Shown: positions 1 to 9,894, counted from the first letter of the stretch. The stretch: 64,000 nt of DNA from an uncultured bacterium (GCA_945920215.1 CAMEJM010000002.1:18760-82759), one strand, 5' to 3'. Translations and numbers: made by a program. Notes: generated by a model not told the origin, from the sequence alone.

Positions 1-2171
1 GCTTCGTCGGCAACCAGCGCGAGGTCGCGCTCCACGGTCGGGAAGCGCGGGATAGGAGCATACCGCACCAGTTCGGGGAACATGGGGGCGAGCACATCAT
101 AGTCGAACTCGCCGACGAAGACGTCGCCGACGATCTCCGCGTCCTCGGCGCTCTCATAGGAGAGCTGACCGAAGAAGCCGATTTCCTTTCCGCCGCACAG
201 CACCTTTGCGGTGGCGCCGGGGTGCAGGAAAGGAACGTTTGTGCGTTCATAGGTGAAGGTCACGCCGAATGCGTCGGCGATTGCCTGCGCGGCACCCTTG
301 GCGGTGAAGAAGCTCTCCCCCTTGCCCCATACGGCAAAGCCAAGGTGCATGGTCTGCGGCGGGAGCGCATTGCCCTCCGCGGGGGTGAAGATATTCGCCA
401 TCTCAAAGAACCTGCCGCTTTCATGCCCGCGCTTGCCGTTGTGAGAGACAATGCGGAGCAGGGAGGGAATCAGGGTGGAGCGCATCACGGAGTAGTTTTC
501 GCTGATCGGATTCTGTATTCTGACCACGTTGAGCCGCGGGTCCCCCTCGGGCAGGCGCAGAAGCGCCAGATCCTGCGGAGCATAGAACGAATAGTTGATC
601 AGCTCGTAGAAGCCCTGCATGACAAGGACGTCCTTGAGTTTCAGCGCTTGCTGCTGCGCGAGCGTATAGCCGCCCGCGGTGATGGCACAGCCCTCCATCA
701 TACGGGGGGTGATGTGCTCATAGCCGTACATTTTGATGACGTCCTCGGCAAGGTCGGGATAATCCTCAATATCCTCGCGGTAGGCGGGCGCCGTGGCGGT
801 CAGGCTGTCGCCGTCGGTGACAACCGTGTAATTCATGCGTTTCAGAATCCCTGTGACAATTTCGCGCGGCACAGAGATCCCCAAAACGGCATTCAGCTTT
901 TCAAACGTGGTTCTGATGGTCGTGGGGACGGGGTTCTCGTTTGCGCGGCGGTCAATGCGGCGGCGGGTCACGGTGCCGCAATCAAGCTCTTCCACAAGGT
1001 GCAGGGCGCGATCCATTGCCACGCCGGTCGTGTATTCGTCCACCCCTTTTTCAAAGCGGTGGGAGGAGTCGGAGGACTGTCCCAGTTCACGCGAGGTATG
1101 GCGGATATTGTCGCGCATGAATTTCGCGCATTCAAACAGCACCGCGGAGGTGTCGGGGCGGATTTCGCTGTTCAGCCCGCCCATGATACCCGCAAGCGCC
1201 ACGGGCTTTTCCGCGTCGCAAATCACCAGATTGCCCGGGCTGAGCTTAAACTCGTTTTCGTCAAGGGTGACGATTGTTTCGTCCTGCTCTGCGCGGCGGA
1301 CAATGATCTTCTTGCCCGCAATGGTAGAGAGGTCAAAGGCGTGCATGGGCTGCCCCAACTCGGTCAGGACATAGTTGGTAATATCCACGAGGGTGTTGAT
1401 GGGGCGGTGCCCGGTCAACAGCAGGCGGCGGCGCATCCAGCGCGGGGAGGTTTTCACCTTGACATCGGACACATAGTGACCGATATATCGCGGGCAGAGG
1501 TCGGGCGCCTGCACGGTGACGTCGATCTCATCGTCCGTCACGTCGGCGACAGTGTAATCGGTGGCGGGTGGCGTCAGCGGGCGGTCCAGAAGTGCGGCAA
1601 GCTCGCGTGCGATGCCCCAGACCGATTGACAGTGCGGCAGGTTGGCGGTGATGGAAATATCCCATACCTCATCGTTCAGATCCAGCACGTCCTTGACGTC
1701 TGCGCCGGGGCGGGTATCGTCCGACAGAATCAGAATTCCGTAAACGCCCGCGCCCTCGTACCAGTCGTCGTCAATGCCCAGTTCTTCCCCGGAGCAAAGC
1801 ATACCATTCGAGGGGGTGCCGAGCAGTTTCCCGTTCTTGATGGTGGTGACCTTTCCGTCGCGCCCGTAGACGGTGGCGCCATGCAGAGCGACCGGCACAT
1901 GGTCGCCTGCCTTGATATTGGAGGCGCCGGTGACTATCTGAATGTCGTCTCCGTATTCTCCGCAATCCACGCGGCAGATGTTGAGGTGATCGGAGTTCTC
2001 CATCCGGGTGACGGCTTTGAGGACGCCGACCACCACACCGGAGATGTCGGGTGCGGCGCTCTTGCGTTCCTCGACTTCCAGTCCGCAGGAGAACAGGCTT
2101 TTTTCAATGGTGTCGTTTGAAATATCCGTGAGATCAACGATGTCACGGAGCCAACTGATAGGTAACAGCAT
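1..2171 (-). CDS. pheT: phenylalanine--tRNA ligase beta subunit (3' end lies beyond window start)
   Basis: The minus frame is open from ATG 2171-2169 to the window edge; it is absent from the track because there is no stop in the window. Hand translation MLLPISWLRDIVDLTDISNDTIEKSLFSCGLEVEERKSAAPDIS matches the PheT N-terminus pattern. It lies 16 nt downstream of pheS. Track ORF 222..2120(+) is its antisense shadow. Confidence 0.9.
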   Translation of the reverse strand, partial: MLLPISWLRDIVDLTDISNDTIEKSLFSCGLEVEERKSAAPDISGVVVGVLKAVTRMENSDHLNICRVDCGEYGDDIQIVTGASNIKAGDHVPVALHGATVYGRDGKVTTIKNGKLLGTPSNGMLCSGEELGIDDDWYEGAGVYGILILSDDTRPGADVKDVLDLNDEVWDISITANLPHCQSVWGIARELAALLDRPLTPPATDYTVADVTDDEIDVTVQAPDLCPRYIGHYVSDVKVKTSPRWMRRRLLLTGHRPINTLVDITNYVLTELGQPMHAFDLSTIAGKKIIVRRAEQDETIVTLDENEFKLSPGNLVICDAEKPVALAGIMGGLNSEIRPDTSAVLFECAKFMRDNIRHTSRELGQSSDSSHRFEKGVDEYTTGVAMDRALHLVEELDCGTVTRRRIDRRANENPVPTTIRTTFEKLNAVLGISVPREIVTGILKRMNYTVVTDGDSLTATAPAYREDIEDYPDLAEDVIKMYGYEHITPRMMEGCAITAGGYTLAQQQALKLKDVLVMQGFYELINYSFYAPQDLALLRLPEGDPRLNVVRIQNPISENYSVMRSTLIPSLLRIVSHNGKRGHESGRFFEMANIFTPAEGNALPPQTMHLGFAVWGKGESFFTAKGAAQAIADAFGVTFTYERTNVPFLHPGATAKVLCGGKEIGFFGQLSYESAEDAEIVGDVFVGEFDYDVLAPMFPELVRYAPIPRFPTVERDLALVADE

Positions 2172-2186
2172 ATGTGCGCCCTCCCC

Positions 2187-3212
2187 TTACTTGCGGAACT
2201 GGCGGAGAATGGACTGGTCTCCGTCATAGAGAATGTGAATGTTGTTGACGCCGTATTTCAGCATGGCGATACGGTCAAGCCCGGCGCCGAAAGCAAGCCC
2301 CGTCCACTCGTCGGGGTCAAGGCCGCAGTTGGCAATGACGCGGCGGTTGACAACGCCCCCGCCGAGGATCTCGATCCAACCCGTGCCCTTGCAGAGCCGG
2401 CAGCCGGAACCGCCGCACTCGCAGCAGGAGACGTCCACCTCGACCGACGGCTCGGTAAACGGGAAGTAGGAGGGGCGGAAGCGGGTCTTGGTATCCGGGG
2501 TAAACATGGCTTTCGCCAAGGTGTCAAGCAAGCCCTGCAAATCGCACAGGGAGACATGGCGGTCAATCACAAGCCCCTCGATCTGATGGAACATGGGCGT
2601 GTGGGTGGCGTCGTCATCGCAGCGGAATACGCGACCGGGCATGACCACCTTGAAGGGCGGCTTCATGGTTTCCATACAATGAATCTGCCCGGGAGAGGTA
2701 TGGGTGCGCAGTACAATATCCTCGCCGATGTAGAAGGTGTCCTGCTTGTCCCGCGCGGGGTGGTCCTTCGGCGTGTTGAGCGCGGTGAAGTTGTGGTAGT
2801 CGTCCTCAATCTCGCTGCCCTCCCAGACGCGGAAGCCCATGCCGGCGAACACCTCGCACAGGCGCGCCTTGACAAGAGAGGTCGGGTGCAGGGCGCCGGG
2901 CGCGTGCATGACGGCGGGCATGGAAACGTCCACGCTCTCACTGTCGTATTTCGCCTGCATTTCGCGCTTTGCCACCTCTGCTTCCAGGGCCTTGAAGCGT
3001 TCGGTGACGCTGTTCTTGAACTCGTTTATCAACTGCCCTGCCGCCGGGCGCTCCTCTTTCGGGATTTGTCCGAGGTCGCGCATCAGAGCGGTGATTGCAC
3101 CGGCTTTTCCGAGAAAGCGGGCGTGAAATTCCTTCAGCTGTTCACCGGAGGCGATTTTGGAGAGCGCCTCGTCAATCTGCGCACGGCAGGCGGCGATTTT
3201 TTCTTTCATCAT
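2187..3212 (-). CDS. pheS: phenylalanine--tRNA ligase alpha subunit
   Basis: 341-aa ORF with a class II aaRS core (FRPSYFPFTEPSVEVD, GWIEILGGGVV, GLAFGAGLDRIAML), followed by pheT. Confidence 0.97.
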   Translation of the reverse strand: MMKEKIAACRAQIDEALSKIASGEQLKEFHARFLGKAGAITALMRDLGQIPKEERPAAGQLINEFKNSVTERFKALEAEVAKREMQAKYDSESVDVSMPAVMHAPGALHPTSLVKARLCEVFAGMGFRVWEGSEIEDDYHNFTALNTPKDHPARDKQDTFYIGEDIVLRTHTSPGQIHCMETMKPPFKVVMPGRVFRCDDDATHTPMFHQIEGLVIDRHVSLCDLQGLLDTLAKAMFTPDTKTRFRPSYFPFTEPSVEVDVSCCECGGSGCRLCKGTGWIEILGGGVVNRRVIANCGLDPDEWTGLAFGAGLDRIAMLKYGVNNIHILYDGDQSILRQFRK

Positions 3213-3247
3213 GGTCTACTCCTGAAAAGCATAAATACTAAATCAAT

Positions 3248-3276
3248 ATTATATATTCTTTCTCACTTTTTGTCAA
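3248..3276 (-). promoter_or_regulatory. sigma-A type promoter of pheST (TTGACA-17-TATAAT)
   Basis: Minus strand reads TTGACA (3276-3271), a 17-nt spacer, then TATAAT (3253-3248). This is about 35 nt upstream of the pheS ATG, so there is no room for a T-box leader. Confidence 0.7.
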
Positions 3277-3317
3277 TGCCGCGTCGGGAAAGCAAAGCGC
3301 TTTTTCCGCGCCGCTCT

Positions 3318-3350
3318 TAAAAGACAGCGCGGCGCCCGCATCGGCGCCGC
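3318..3350 (-). terminator. hairpin terminator after the metallophosphoesterase gene
   Basis: Perfect 8-bp GC stem GCGGCGCC/GGCGCCGC (3329-3336 / 3343-3350), followed on the minus strand by a CTGTCTTTT tract. Confidence 0.5.
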
Positions 3351-3362
3351 CGCACTGCCCAA

Positions 3363-4091
3363 TCAATCGGAAGTTTCCGTTTCCGCGGCGGGCGAGAGGG
3401 TCAGAAGAACCAGCTCCCGCGGGTTGCCGATGCGGGGAATGGGGCGGGAGACTTTCAACCCGCGGCTGACCAGCAGCCGCCCCTCGTACAGCCCAGCGCA
3501 GTAGCGCGGAAACAACCCCTGCCCCGGCGCGTACACGCCGCGCCCGAACAGCGTCCATTGTCCGCCGTGCGCGTGACCGGAGAGGGTCAGGTCGATCGGC
3601 AGGTCGCGGATATAGCGGGGATAGTATTCGGGGTGGTGGCAAAGCAGGATTTTGTACCCCGTTTTTCCGGCATATTCGTTCAGAAACGCGAGGTTCGGCG
3701 TTTTTTCCTTTTCGTACTGCGCCGAATTCAGCCCGCCCAACAGCATTCCGCGGAAAGAAACAGAATCGTCAAGGAGAGGGGTCACGTCGCACTCCCGCAT
3801 GACCCGGGCAAGCTCCGACGGCAGGCGGTAGTCGTGGTTGCCGCCGGCATAAAAGACAGGGACGCCGCGCAGGGCCAAGAGGAGCGCCGTCGCCTCCGAG
3901 AAACGCGTGTAACGCCGCCGCGGCGGGCATTCAAACAAATCCCCGGCGATGAGAACCGCGTCGGGGCGCAGCGCGAGGATCTGCTGCGCCAGAGTTGCTT
4001 CCGCCCGGTTGTGCAGGTCGGTCAGCAGCACGAAGCGCGTGGGGGTCACGGGGGCGGTGACAGAATAAGTGCGGACGGTAACGGGCGGCAT
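3363..4091 (-). CDS. calcineurin-like metallophosphoesterase
   Basis: Motifs DLHN, GDLFE, GNHD and GHAHGGQ are present. The ATG at 4091 is preceded by AAGGAG 5 nt upstream; the track start at 4130 is a TTG without an RBS. Confidence 0.85.
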   Translation of the reverse strand: MPPVTVRTYSVTAPVTPTRFVLLTDLHNRAEATLAQQILALRPDAVLIAGDLFECPPRRRYTRFSEATALLLALRGVPVFYAGGNHDYRLPSELARVMRECDVTPLLDDSVSFRGMLLGGLNSAQYEKEKTPNLAFLNEYAGKTGYKILLCHHPEYYPRYIRDLPIDLTLSGHAHGGQWTLFGRGVYAPGQGLFPRYCAGLYEGRLLVSRGLKVSRPIPRIGNPRELVLLTLSPAAETETSD

Positions 4092-4223
4092 GGCGGCTCC
4101 TTTCCTGTGTTTTTTCCAGTATACGCGCAAGCGGGGCGTTTGTCAACGATTCCTGCCGCTTCATTGACAAGCCCCGCCGCCCGTGCTATGATTAAAAACA
4201 AATGACAGTTGCAAGAGGTCGGC

Positions 4224-7001
4224 ATGATTCTGATAATCGCGGAGAAACCAAGTCTGGCGCGCAACATTGCGGGCGCCATCGGGGATATGAAGACCCGAAA
4301 CGGATATATGGAAGGTAAGGAATACCTGATCACATGGGTATTCGGGCACCTGTTTTCCTTGGCTGACATCGAGCATTATTCTCCCGCGCCCGCGGGAGTG
4401 CGCGGCTGGACGTTTGACAATCTGCCGTGCTTCCCGGAGCATTTTGATTACCAGCTGCGCGGGGACAACGGAGTCAAACGGCAGTTTGACCTGATAGCCT
4501 CTCTCTGCAACCGTGCGGACGTCACCGCCATTGTCAACGCGGGAGACGCCGACCGCGAGGGCGAAATCATTGTCCGCACCTGCGTGCAGAAAGCGCTGAA
4601 AGAGCCCAAAACGCAGCTCCGCCTGTGGCTGCCCGACCAGACGGCGCAGACCGTGCGCGCCGCGCTCGCGGAACTGGAGCCGGACAGTGACTACGACAAT
4701 CTGGCAAACGAGGGGTATGCCCGCACCTATATCGACTGGCTGTACGGCGTGAACCTGACGCGCTACGCGTCGATCATCACCGGCAAGTTGCTCCGCGTGG
4801 GGCGCGTGATTGTGCCGATCGTGAAAGCGATTTACGATCGCGACAAGGCGATCCGGGAATTTACCCCCAAGACCTATTTCGGCGTGGTCAGCCGCACCGA
4901 GGTGCACGGGGAAGAAGTGTTACTGACCTCAAAAGAGGAGTTTGACGCGAACAGCCGCGACAAGGCGCAGAATCTCGCGGATGAGTATAACGCCCTGACG
5001 ACCGTGGTCACCGACAAGAAATCCAAAGAGGATTTTCTGCCGCCCGGAAAGTTGTATTCCCTTTCCACCCTGCAAAACGTGCTGGGCAAAAAATACAAGA
5101 TGTCGATGAAAGAATCTCTGGATACCGTGCAGGCGCTGTATGAGCGCGGGTTTCTGACCTATCCCCGCACCAACTCCGAGTACCTTGCCACCGCCGAAAA
5201 AGGGAAGATCCGTCAGATCCTCGACGGCGTTGCCAAGCTCGGCTATCCCGTGGCGTTCCGCGACTCCAAATACATCTTCGACGACTCCAAAATCGAATCC
5301 CACTCCGCGCTGACTCCCACGTACAAAATTCCGAAACCATCGGAGTTGAACGAACGTGAAAGTCAGGTATACAGCACGGTGTTCCGCCGCTTTGTGGCGG
5401 CTTTCTGCGCGCAGCCCTGCCGTGTGGAACGCAGCGAGTTGCACCTGAAAACCGGCGACCGGGAGGAATTTATCCTGCGCGGCACCGCGATTCTGGAGCC
5501 GGGCTGGACGAAGTACGACGACTATAACAGAAAAGACAAATTTTTGCCGAAACTGGAGGTGGGCGAGGTGGTACAGACCGCCTTTGCGCCGCAGGAGAAG
5601 CAGACCACCCCTCCGAAGCATTACACCATTGAAACGCTGAACAATTATCTCAAAAACCCGTTTAAGGAAGAAAAAGCCGCCGCCGAGGAACGTGCGGCGA
5701 CCGAGGAGGGCGTGAGTGACGAGGAGGATTACCGCGCGATCTTCGAGGGCTTGGAACTGGGCACCGAAGCGACCCGCACCGGCATTATCGACAACGCGCG
5801 CAAATCCAAGTATATCGCGCTCAACAAGGATACCTATGTGATTCTGCCGGACGGGGAGTTCCTGATCGAATCTCTCGGCGAGATGGGCATCGGCATGGAT
5901 AAATACAAAACCTCCGAGATGGGCAAGGCGCTCAAGCGCGTGTACCGCGGGAGCATGACCGTGGAGGAAAGCACCGCGCTGGCGGAGAGGGAAATCTCCG
6001 AAATCTTTTCGCACCGTGAGCAGGCGATGCAAAAGCACGGCGACCTCGGCAACGTCGGGGACGTCATCGGTACCTGCCCCGTCTGCGGCGGGGAAGTGAC
6101 GCGCGGTGCGAAAGCGTACGATTGCAGCAACGAGGGGTGTACCTTTCACGTCGGTCTGCACATCTGCCGCCGCCCGATCACCCCGGACGACATGAAAGAG
6201 ATGATCGCAAACGGCCGCACGGGCGTGCTGGACGGCTTTGTTTCCAAGAACAACAAGCGCTTTTCTTCCGCCTTGGTCTTGCGGGACGGCAAGGTGGTTT
6301 TCGATATGGAGGAGAGCCGTGACGGAGAGACGGTCACGGGGTGCAAATGCCCGCTTTGCGGCAAGAAAATGATTTACAGCCGCTTCAGTTATGCCTGCAG
6401 TTCCAAAAAATGCGGCTTCCGCGTCGGGCGCACCATACTGGGGCGCAAGATAACCGAGGAGGATCTGAGGACGCTGTGCGAGAGCGGCGTGACAGGTCTT
6501 TTGGACGGCTTTGTCTCCAAGAGCGACGGAAAGGTGTTTTCCGCCTATCTGGCGCTGCGGGCAGGGGAAGCCAAGATTGTCTCCCCCATGCCGGACGGCG
6601 CCGTTCCCGCCCATGAGGAGCCTAAAAAAGCGGCTCCGCGCCGCAAAAGCGCAACCGACGGCAAGCAGAGCGGCACCTCGGAAAACAAAAAGAGCGACGG
6701 CAGCGGAAAACAGCCCTCTGCCGCCGCAAAACAATCCGTTACGTCCACAGGCGAGTGGAAATGTCCCCTGTGCGGGGAGCGCGTGGTACGCGGCAGACAG
6801 AACTGGGGCTGCATGGGCTTTTCCCACGGCTGTACCCTGCGGATCCCGTTCGTATGGCGCGGTCATACCGTGACGGAGCAGGAGGCAAACGAGCTTCTGA
6901 CGACGGGCGCGACTGCTCATGAGATTGCCTACGAGGGCGGGCAGGACAAACTGCGGCTGGACGGCGGCGTCGTGCGCGCGGCGCATGAGGTGACGCCGTG
7001 A
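4224..7001 (+). CDS. topB: DNA topoisomerase III with three C-terminal zinc-ribbon modules
   Basis: Toprim N-terminus MILIIAEKPSLARNIAGAIG. Type IA core, including LTYPRTNSEYL with the active-site Tyr context. The C-terminus has 3x CPxCG...C(x4-6)C ribbons and two copies of a GxLDGFVSK repeat. The ATG at 4224 is preferred over the TTG at 4209. Confidence 0.9.
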   Translation: MILIIAEKPSLARNIAGAIGDMKTRNGYMEGKEYLITWVFGHLFSLADIEHYSPAPAGVRGWTFDNLPCFPEHFDYQLRGDNGVKRQFDLIASLCNRADVTAIVNAGDADREGEIIVRTCVQKALKEPKTQLRLWLPDQTAQTVRAALAELEPDSDYDNLANEGYARTYIDWLYGVNLTRYASIITGKLLRVGRVIVPIVKAIYDRDKAIREFTPKTYFGVVSRTEVHGEEVLLTSKEEFDANSRDKAQNLADEYNALTTVVTDKKSKEDFLPPGKLYSLSTLQNVLGKKYKMSMKESLDTVQALYERGFLTYPRTNSEYLATAEKGKIRQILDGVAKLGYPVAFRDSKYIFDDSKIESHSALTPTYKIPKPSELNERESQVYSTVFRRFVAAFCAQPCRVERSELHLKTGDREEFILRGTAILEPGWTKYDDYNRKDKFLPKLEVGEVVQTAFAPQEKQTTPPKHYTIETLNNYLKNPFKEEKAAAEERAATEEGVSDEEDYRAIFEGLELGTEATRTGIIDNARKSKYIALNKDTYVILPDGEFLIESLGEMGIGMDKYKTSEMGKALKRVYRGSMTVEESTALAEREISEIFSHREQAMQKHGDLGNVGDVIGTCPVCGGEVTRGAKAYDCSNEGCTFHVGLHICRRPITPDDMKEMIANGRTGVLDGFVSKNNKRFSSALVLRDGKVVFDMEESRDGETVTGCKCPLCGKKMIYSRFSYACSSKKCGFRVGRTILGRKITEEDLRTLCESGVTGLLDGFVSKSDGKVFSAYLALRAGEAKIVSPMPDGAVPAHEEPKKAAPRRKSATDGKQSGTSENKKSDGSGKQPSAAAKQSVTSTGEWKCPLCGERVVRGRQNWGCMGFSHGCTLRIPFVWRGHTVTEQEANELLTTGATAHEIAYEGGQDKLRLDGGVVRAAHEVTP

Positions 7002-7678
7002 GCGGAACAGAATGGCTCATGCACGGCATCAAGCCGTTTGCCTATGCCCTCTTTGATATGGACGGCACTTTGGTGGATTCCATGACCTACTGGCGCTATG
7101 CCCCGGCGGAGCTTGCCGCCCGTCTGTTCGGAGACATAGGGGAAGAACGCGTCGCGGCGTTGGTTGCCACCCGTACGTACGGGGAAATTGAGCGTCTGTT
7201 CGCCGCATGGGGATTTTCGTTGTCCCGCGTTGCCCTGATACGCGGCTGTGAGGAAATCATGGCGGAGCATTACCGCCGCGATGTGAAGGCGCGCGCAGGC
7301 GCGCTGCCGCTTCTGAAGTCTTTGGGCGCGGCGGGAACCCGTATGGGAATCATTACGCTGACGCCGCACCGAGAAGCGGAAATCTGCCTTTCCGAGACAG
7401 GGCTTTCCCCTTTCTTTTCTTTTGTTCTCACCCCGCAGGATACCTCCTCCGGGAAAGGCAAGGAGGACCCGGAAATCTTCCGCATAGCCCTGCAAAAATT
7501 GGGTTGCCGCCATCCGTCCGACTGCGCGTTTTTTGAGGACTCTCTGTACGCCGTCCGCACCGCGCACGCCATGGGCTTCCGCGTGCAGGCGGTCAGAGAC
7601 AAATGGGCGGAGCAGGAGCGGGACGAAATCCGCGCGCTTTCGGAAAACTATCTGGACCTTGACTTGACGGGCAAGTGA
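6998..7678 (+). CDS. HAD-superfamily hydrolase
   Basis: Motif I FDMDGTLVDS is present, and the fold length is typical. The start overlaps the topB stop (GTGA). Start is uncertain; an alternative ATG lies at 7019. Confidence 0.8.
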   Translation: MSGTEWLMHGIKPFAYALFDMDGTLVDSMTYWRYAPAELAARLFGDIGEERVAALVATRTYGEIERLFAAWGFSLSRVALIRGCEEIMAEHYRRDVKARAGALPLLKSLGAAGTRMGIITLTPHREAEICLSETGLSPFFSFVLTPQDTSSGKGKEDPEIFRIALQKLGCRHPSDCAFFEDSLYAVRTAHAMGFRVQAVRDKWAEQERDEIRALSENYLDLDLTGK

Positions 7679-7782
7679 CGGCGGGCGTTTTCCGCCGCAC
7701 CGCGGGGCTGTCGCCTGGGAGCCCCTTTGAGAATTTCCGGCGGTTCCCCCGAGAAAACCCGTGAGAAAACCGGCGCGCACGC

Positions 7783-7811
7783 TTGATTTTCCAAGTATTC
7801 GGTGATATAAT
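7783..7811 (+). promoter_or_regulatory. promoter of ackA (TTGATT-17-TATAAT)
   Basis: TTGATT at 7783-7788, 17-nt spacer, TATAAT at 7806-7811; 43 nt upstream of the ackA ATG. Confidence 0.55.
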
Positions 7812-7853
7812 ATATTTTTGGAAAACAATTTGTAATAAACGGAGACATGGACA

Positions 7854-9059
7854 ATGAAAATTTTGGTCATCAATGCCGGCAGCTCCTCTCTGAAATATCA
7901 GCTGTTTGACATGGACACGGGCGCCGTGCTCGCCAAGGGCGGCTGTGAGAAAATCGGCGTGGAGGGCAGTTTGGGGATTATCACCCACAAGCGCCCCGAC
8001 AAGGAAAAATACGTGACGAACGTTGCGCTCCCCGATCACAACACCGCGCTTCAGATCGTCCTGAAGCTGCTGACCGATCCCGAGCTGGGCGTCATTGCGA
8101 GCGTGGACGAGATCGGCTCCGTCGGGCACCGTATCGTGCACGGCGGCGAGAAGCTGACTGTCAACATCGTGGGCGAGGAAGAACTGAAGTACCTGTACTC
8201 CATTATTCCGATCAACCCCTTGCACGCGCCGCCCGCCATCAAGGCGATCGAGGCGTGCCAAAAACTCATGCCCTCCATTAAGCACGTGGTGGTGGCAGAC
8301 AGCGCGTTCTATCGCAATATGCCGCCGGAATCCTATATTTATCCCATTCCTTACGAGTACTATGAAACCTACAAGGTACGTCGTTACGGTTTCCACGGCA
8401 CCTCTCACCGCTATGTGTCCGGTGAGGCTGCCAAGTATCTCGGCCGCGATCTGAAAGACCTTAAGATGATCACCTGCCATCTCGGCAACGGCTCCTCTAT
8501 TTCCGCCATCCGCAACGGCATCTGCGTGGATACCACCATGGGCTTCACCCCGCAGGAGGGCATGATGATGGGGACCCGCTCCGGCTCCATTGATCCCACC
8601 GTAGTGACGTTTCTGATGAAGCAGACAGGCATGACCCCCGATCAGATGGACGACGTGCTGAACCGCAAGTCCGGGTTCCTCGGCATTTCCGGGGTTTCTC
8701 CCGACTGCCGCGAGGTGATGGTAGAGGAAGGGAAGGGCGACGCGCGTTCGCACCTTGCCATGCAGGTGTTTTATCACTATGCCAAGAAGCTGATCGGCGC
8801 GCTGGTCGCCGAGTTGAACGGTGTGGACGTGCTGGTGTTCACCGCCGGCATCGGAGAGAACGACCCTGTGGTCCGCTCCAACATCTGCCGCGACATGGAT
8901 TTCCTCGGCATCAAAATTGACGACGAGGTGAATCTTGCGATGAAGCGCGGTACCTTCGGAGACATCACCGCCCCCGACTCCCGTGTGAAAGTCCTTGTCA
9001 TTCCAACCGACGAGGAATATATGATCGCCAAAGAAACCTACGACATCGTAACGAAGTGA
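7854..9059 (+). CDS. ackA: acetate kinase
   Basis: MKILVINAGSSSLKYQLFDM N-terminus, GFHGTSHRYV, and the conserved C-terminal IPTDEE motif. Confidence 0.97.
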   Translation: MKILVINAGSSSLKYQLFDMDTGAVLAKGGCEKIGVEGSLGIITHKRPDKEKYVTNVALPDHNTALQIVLKLLTDPELGVIASVDEIGSVGHRIVHGGEKLTVNIVGEEELKYLYSIIPINPLHAPPAIKAIEACQKLMPSIKHVVVADSAFYRNMPPESYIYPIPYEYYETYKVRRYGFHGTSHRYVSGEAAKYLGRDLKDLKMITCHLGNGSSISAIRNGICVDTTMGFTPQEGMMMGTRSGSIDPTVVTFLMKQTGMTPDQMDDVLNRKSGFLGISGVSPDCREVMVEEGKGDARSHLAMQVFYHYAKKLIGALVAELNGVDVLVFTAGIGENDPVVRSNICRDMDFLGIKIDDEVNLAMKRGTFGDITAPDSRVKVLVIPTDEEYMIAKETYDIVTK

Positions 9060-9075
9060 TGGGAGAAAACAGCAG

Positions 9076-9894
9076 ATGAAGAAGAAAGACATTTTTCACG
9101 CCCCCTTTGTGGAGGCAATGAAAGAAATGACGTCGAATATGTACCGTCTCGGTTGGGACGAGCGCAACGGCGGCAACATCAGCTATCTTCTGGACAGCGA
9201 AGAGGTGGCGGAGTATCTCGACCTCTCGCAGGTGAAGCGCATCATACCGATCAGCTTCCAAGCGCCCGAGCTGGCAGGCAGGATCTTCATTGTGACCGGT
9301 ACCGGCAAGTATTTCAAGAACGTGGAGTCCGACCCCGAAACCAATTTGGGTATCATCCGTATTTCGGCAGACGGCGCGAATGCCGAGCTGCTGTGGGGTT
9401 ACCGTGACGGCGGCAGGTTCACAAGTGAGTTGCCCGCGCATCTGATGAGCCACATTGCGCGCCTTTCCGTTGACCCCGAAAACCGCGTGGTCATGCACTG
9501 CCACCCCACCAACCTGCTGGCAATGACTTATGTGCACTCACTCGACACCAACGAGTTCACCCATACGCTTTGGCAGATGAGCACCGAGTGCGTCGTGGTC
9601 TTCCCGGACGGGGTGGAGGTTCTGCCGTGGATGCTGTGCGGCACCAATGAAATCGGAGAGGCAACCGCTGAAAAGATGAAGTCGGCGCGCAGCGTGGTCT
9701 GGGCAATGCACGGGCTGTACGGCGCCGGAAAAACGCCGGACGAGGCATTCGGTCTGGTGGAGACCGTGGAAAAGGCGGCGACCATCTATATGCTGACCGC
9801 GCATCTGCCGCGCGTCAATACCATCACCGACGAACAGTTGCAGGTGCTGGCGGACGCGTTCAAGGTGACCCCGAAAGCCGGAATTCTGAAGTAA
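9076..9894 (+). CDS. rhaD: rhamnulose-1-phosphate aldolase (class II aldolase family)
   Basis: Recalled similarity along the whole length to E. coli RhaD (GWDERNGGN, FIVTGTGKYFKN, SELPAHLMSH, MHCHPTNL, VFPDGV..LPWM). No rhaA or rhaB nearby. Confidence 0.85.
   Translation: MKKKDIFHAPFVEAMKEMTSNMYRLGWDERNGGNISYLLDSEEVAEYLDLSQVKRIIPISFQAPELAGRIFIVTGTGKYFKNVESDPETNLGIIRISADGANAELLWGYRDGGRFTSELPAHLMSHIARLSVDPENRVVMHCHPTNLLAMTYVHSLDTNEFTHTLWQMSTECVVVFPDGVEVLPWMLCGTNEIGEATAEKMKSARSVVWAMHGLYGAGKTPDEAFGLVETVEKAATIYMLTAHLPRVNTITDEQLQVLADAFKVTPKAGILK

Noticed and set aside
222-2120. Long 632-aa ORF on the + strand, and similar long ORFs at 4929-6986(-), 7593-9092(-), 11117-12424(-), 13407-14465(-), 31319-33292(-), 37896-39845(-), 44168-45841(+), 45720-46988(+), 47090-48550(-), 25595-26524(-) and 57329-59107(-).
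   Set aside because: Each lies antisense to, or out of frame with, a gene that has clear family motifs (pheT, topB, ackA, GH3, sipL-like, rpsK-rpoA, aconitase, mglA, mglB, ptcA, rplF/rplR, GH43). Their translations are Arg/Gly/Ala/His-rich with no motifs and no RBS. These are typical shadow ORFs of high-GC coding DNA.
7680-7700. GCGGCGG-gcgtttt-CCGCCGC hairpin after the HAD gene, as a terminator.
   Set aside because: No U-tract follows it (the next bases are ACCGCGGGG). It may still stabilise the transcript, but it is not convincing as an intrinsic terminator.
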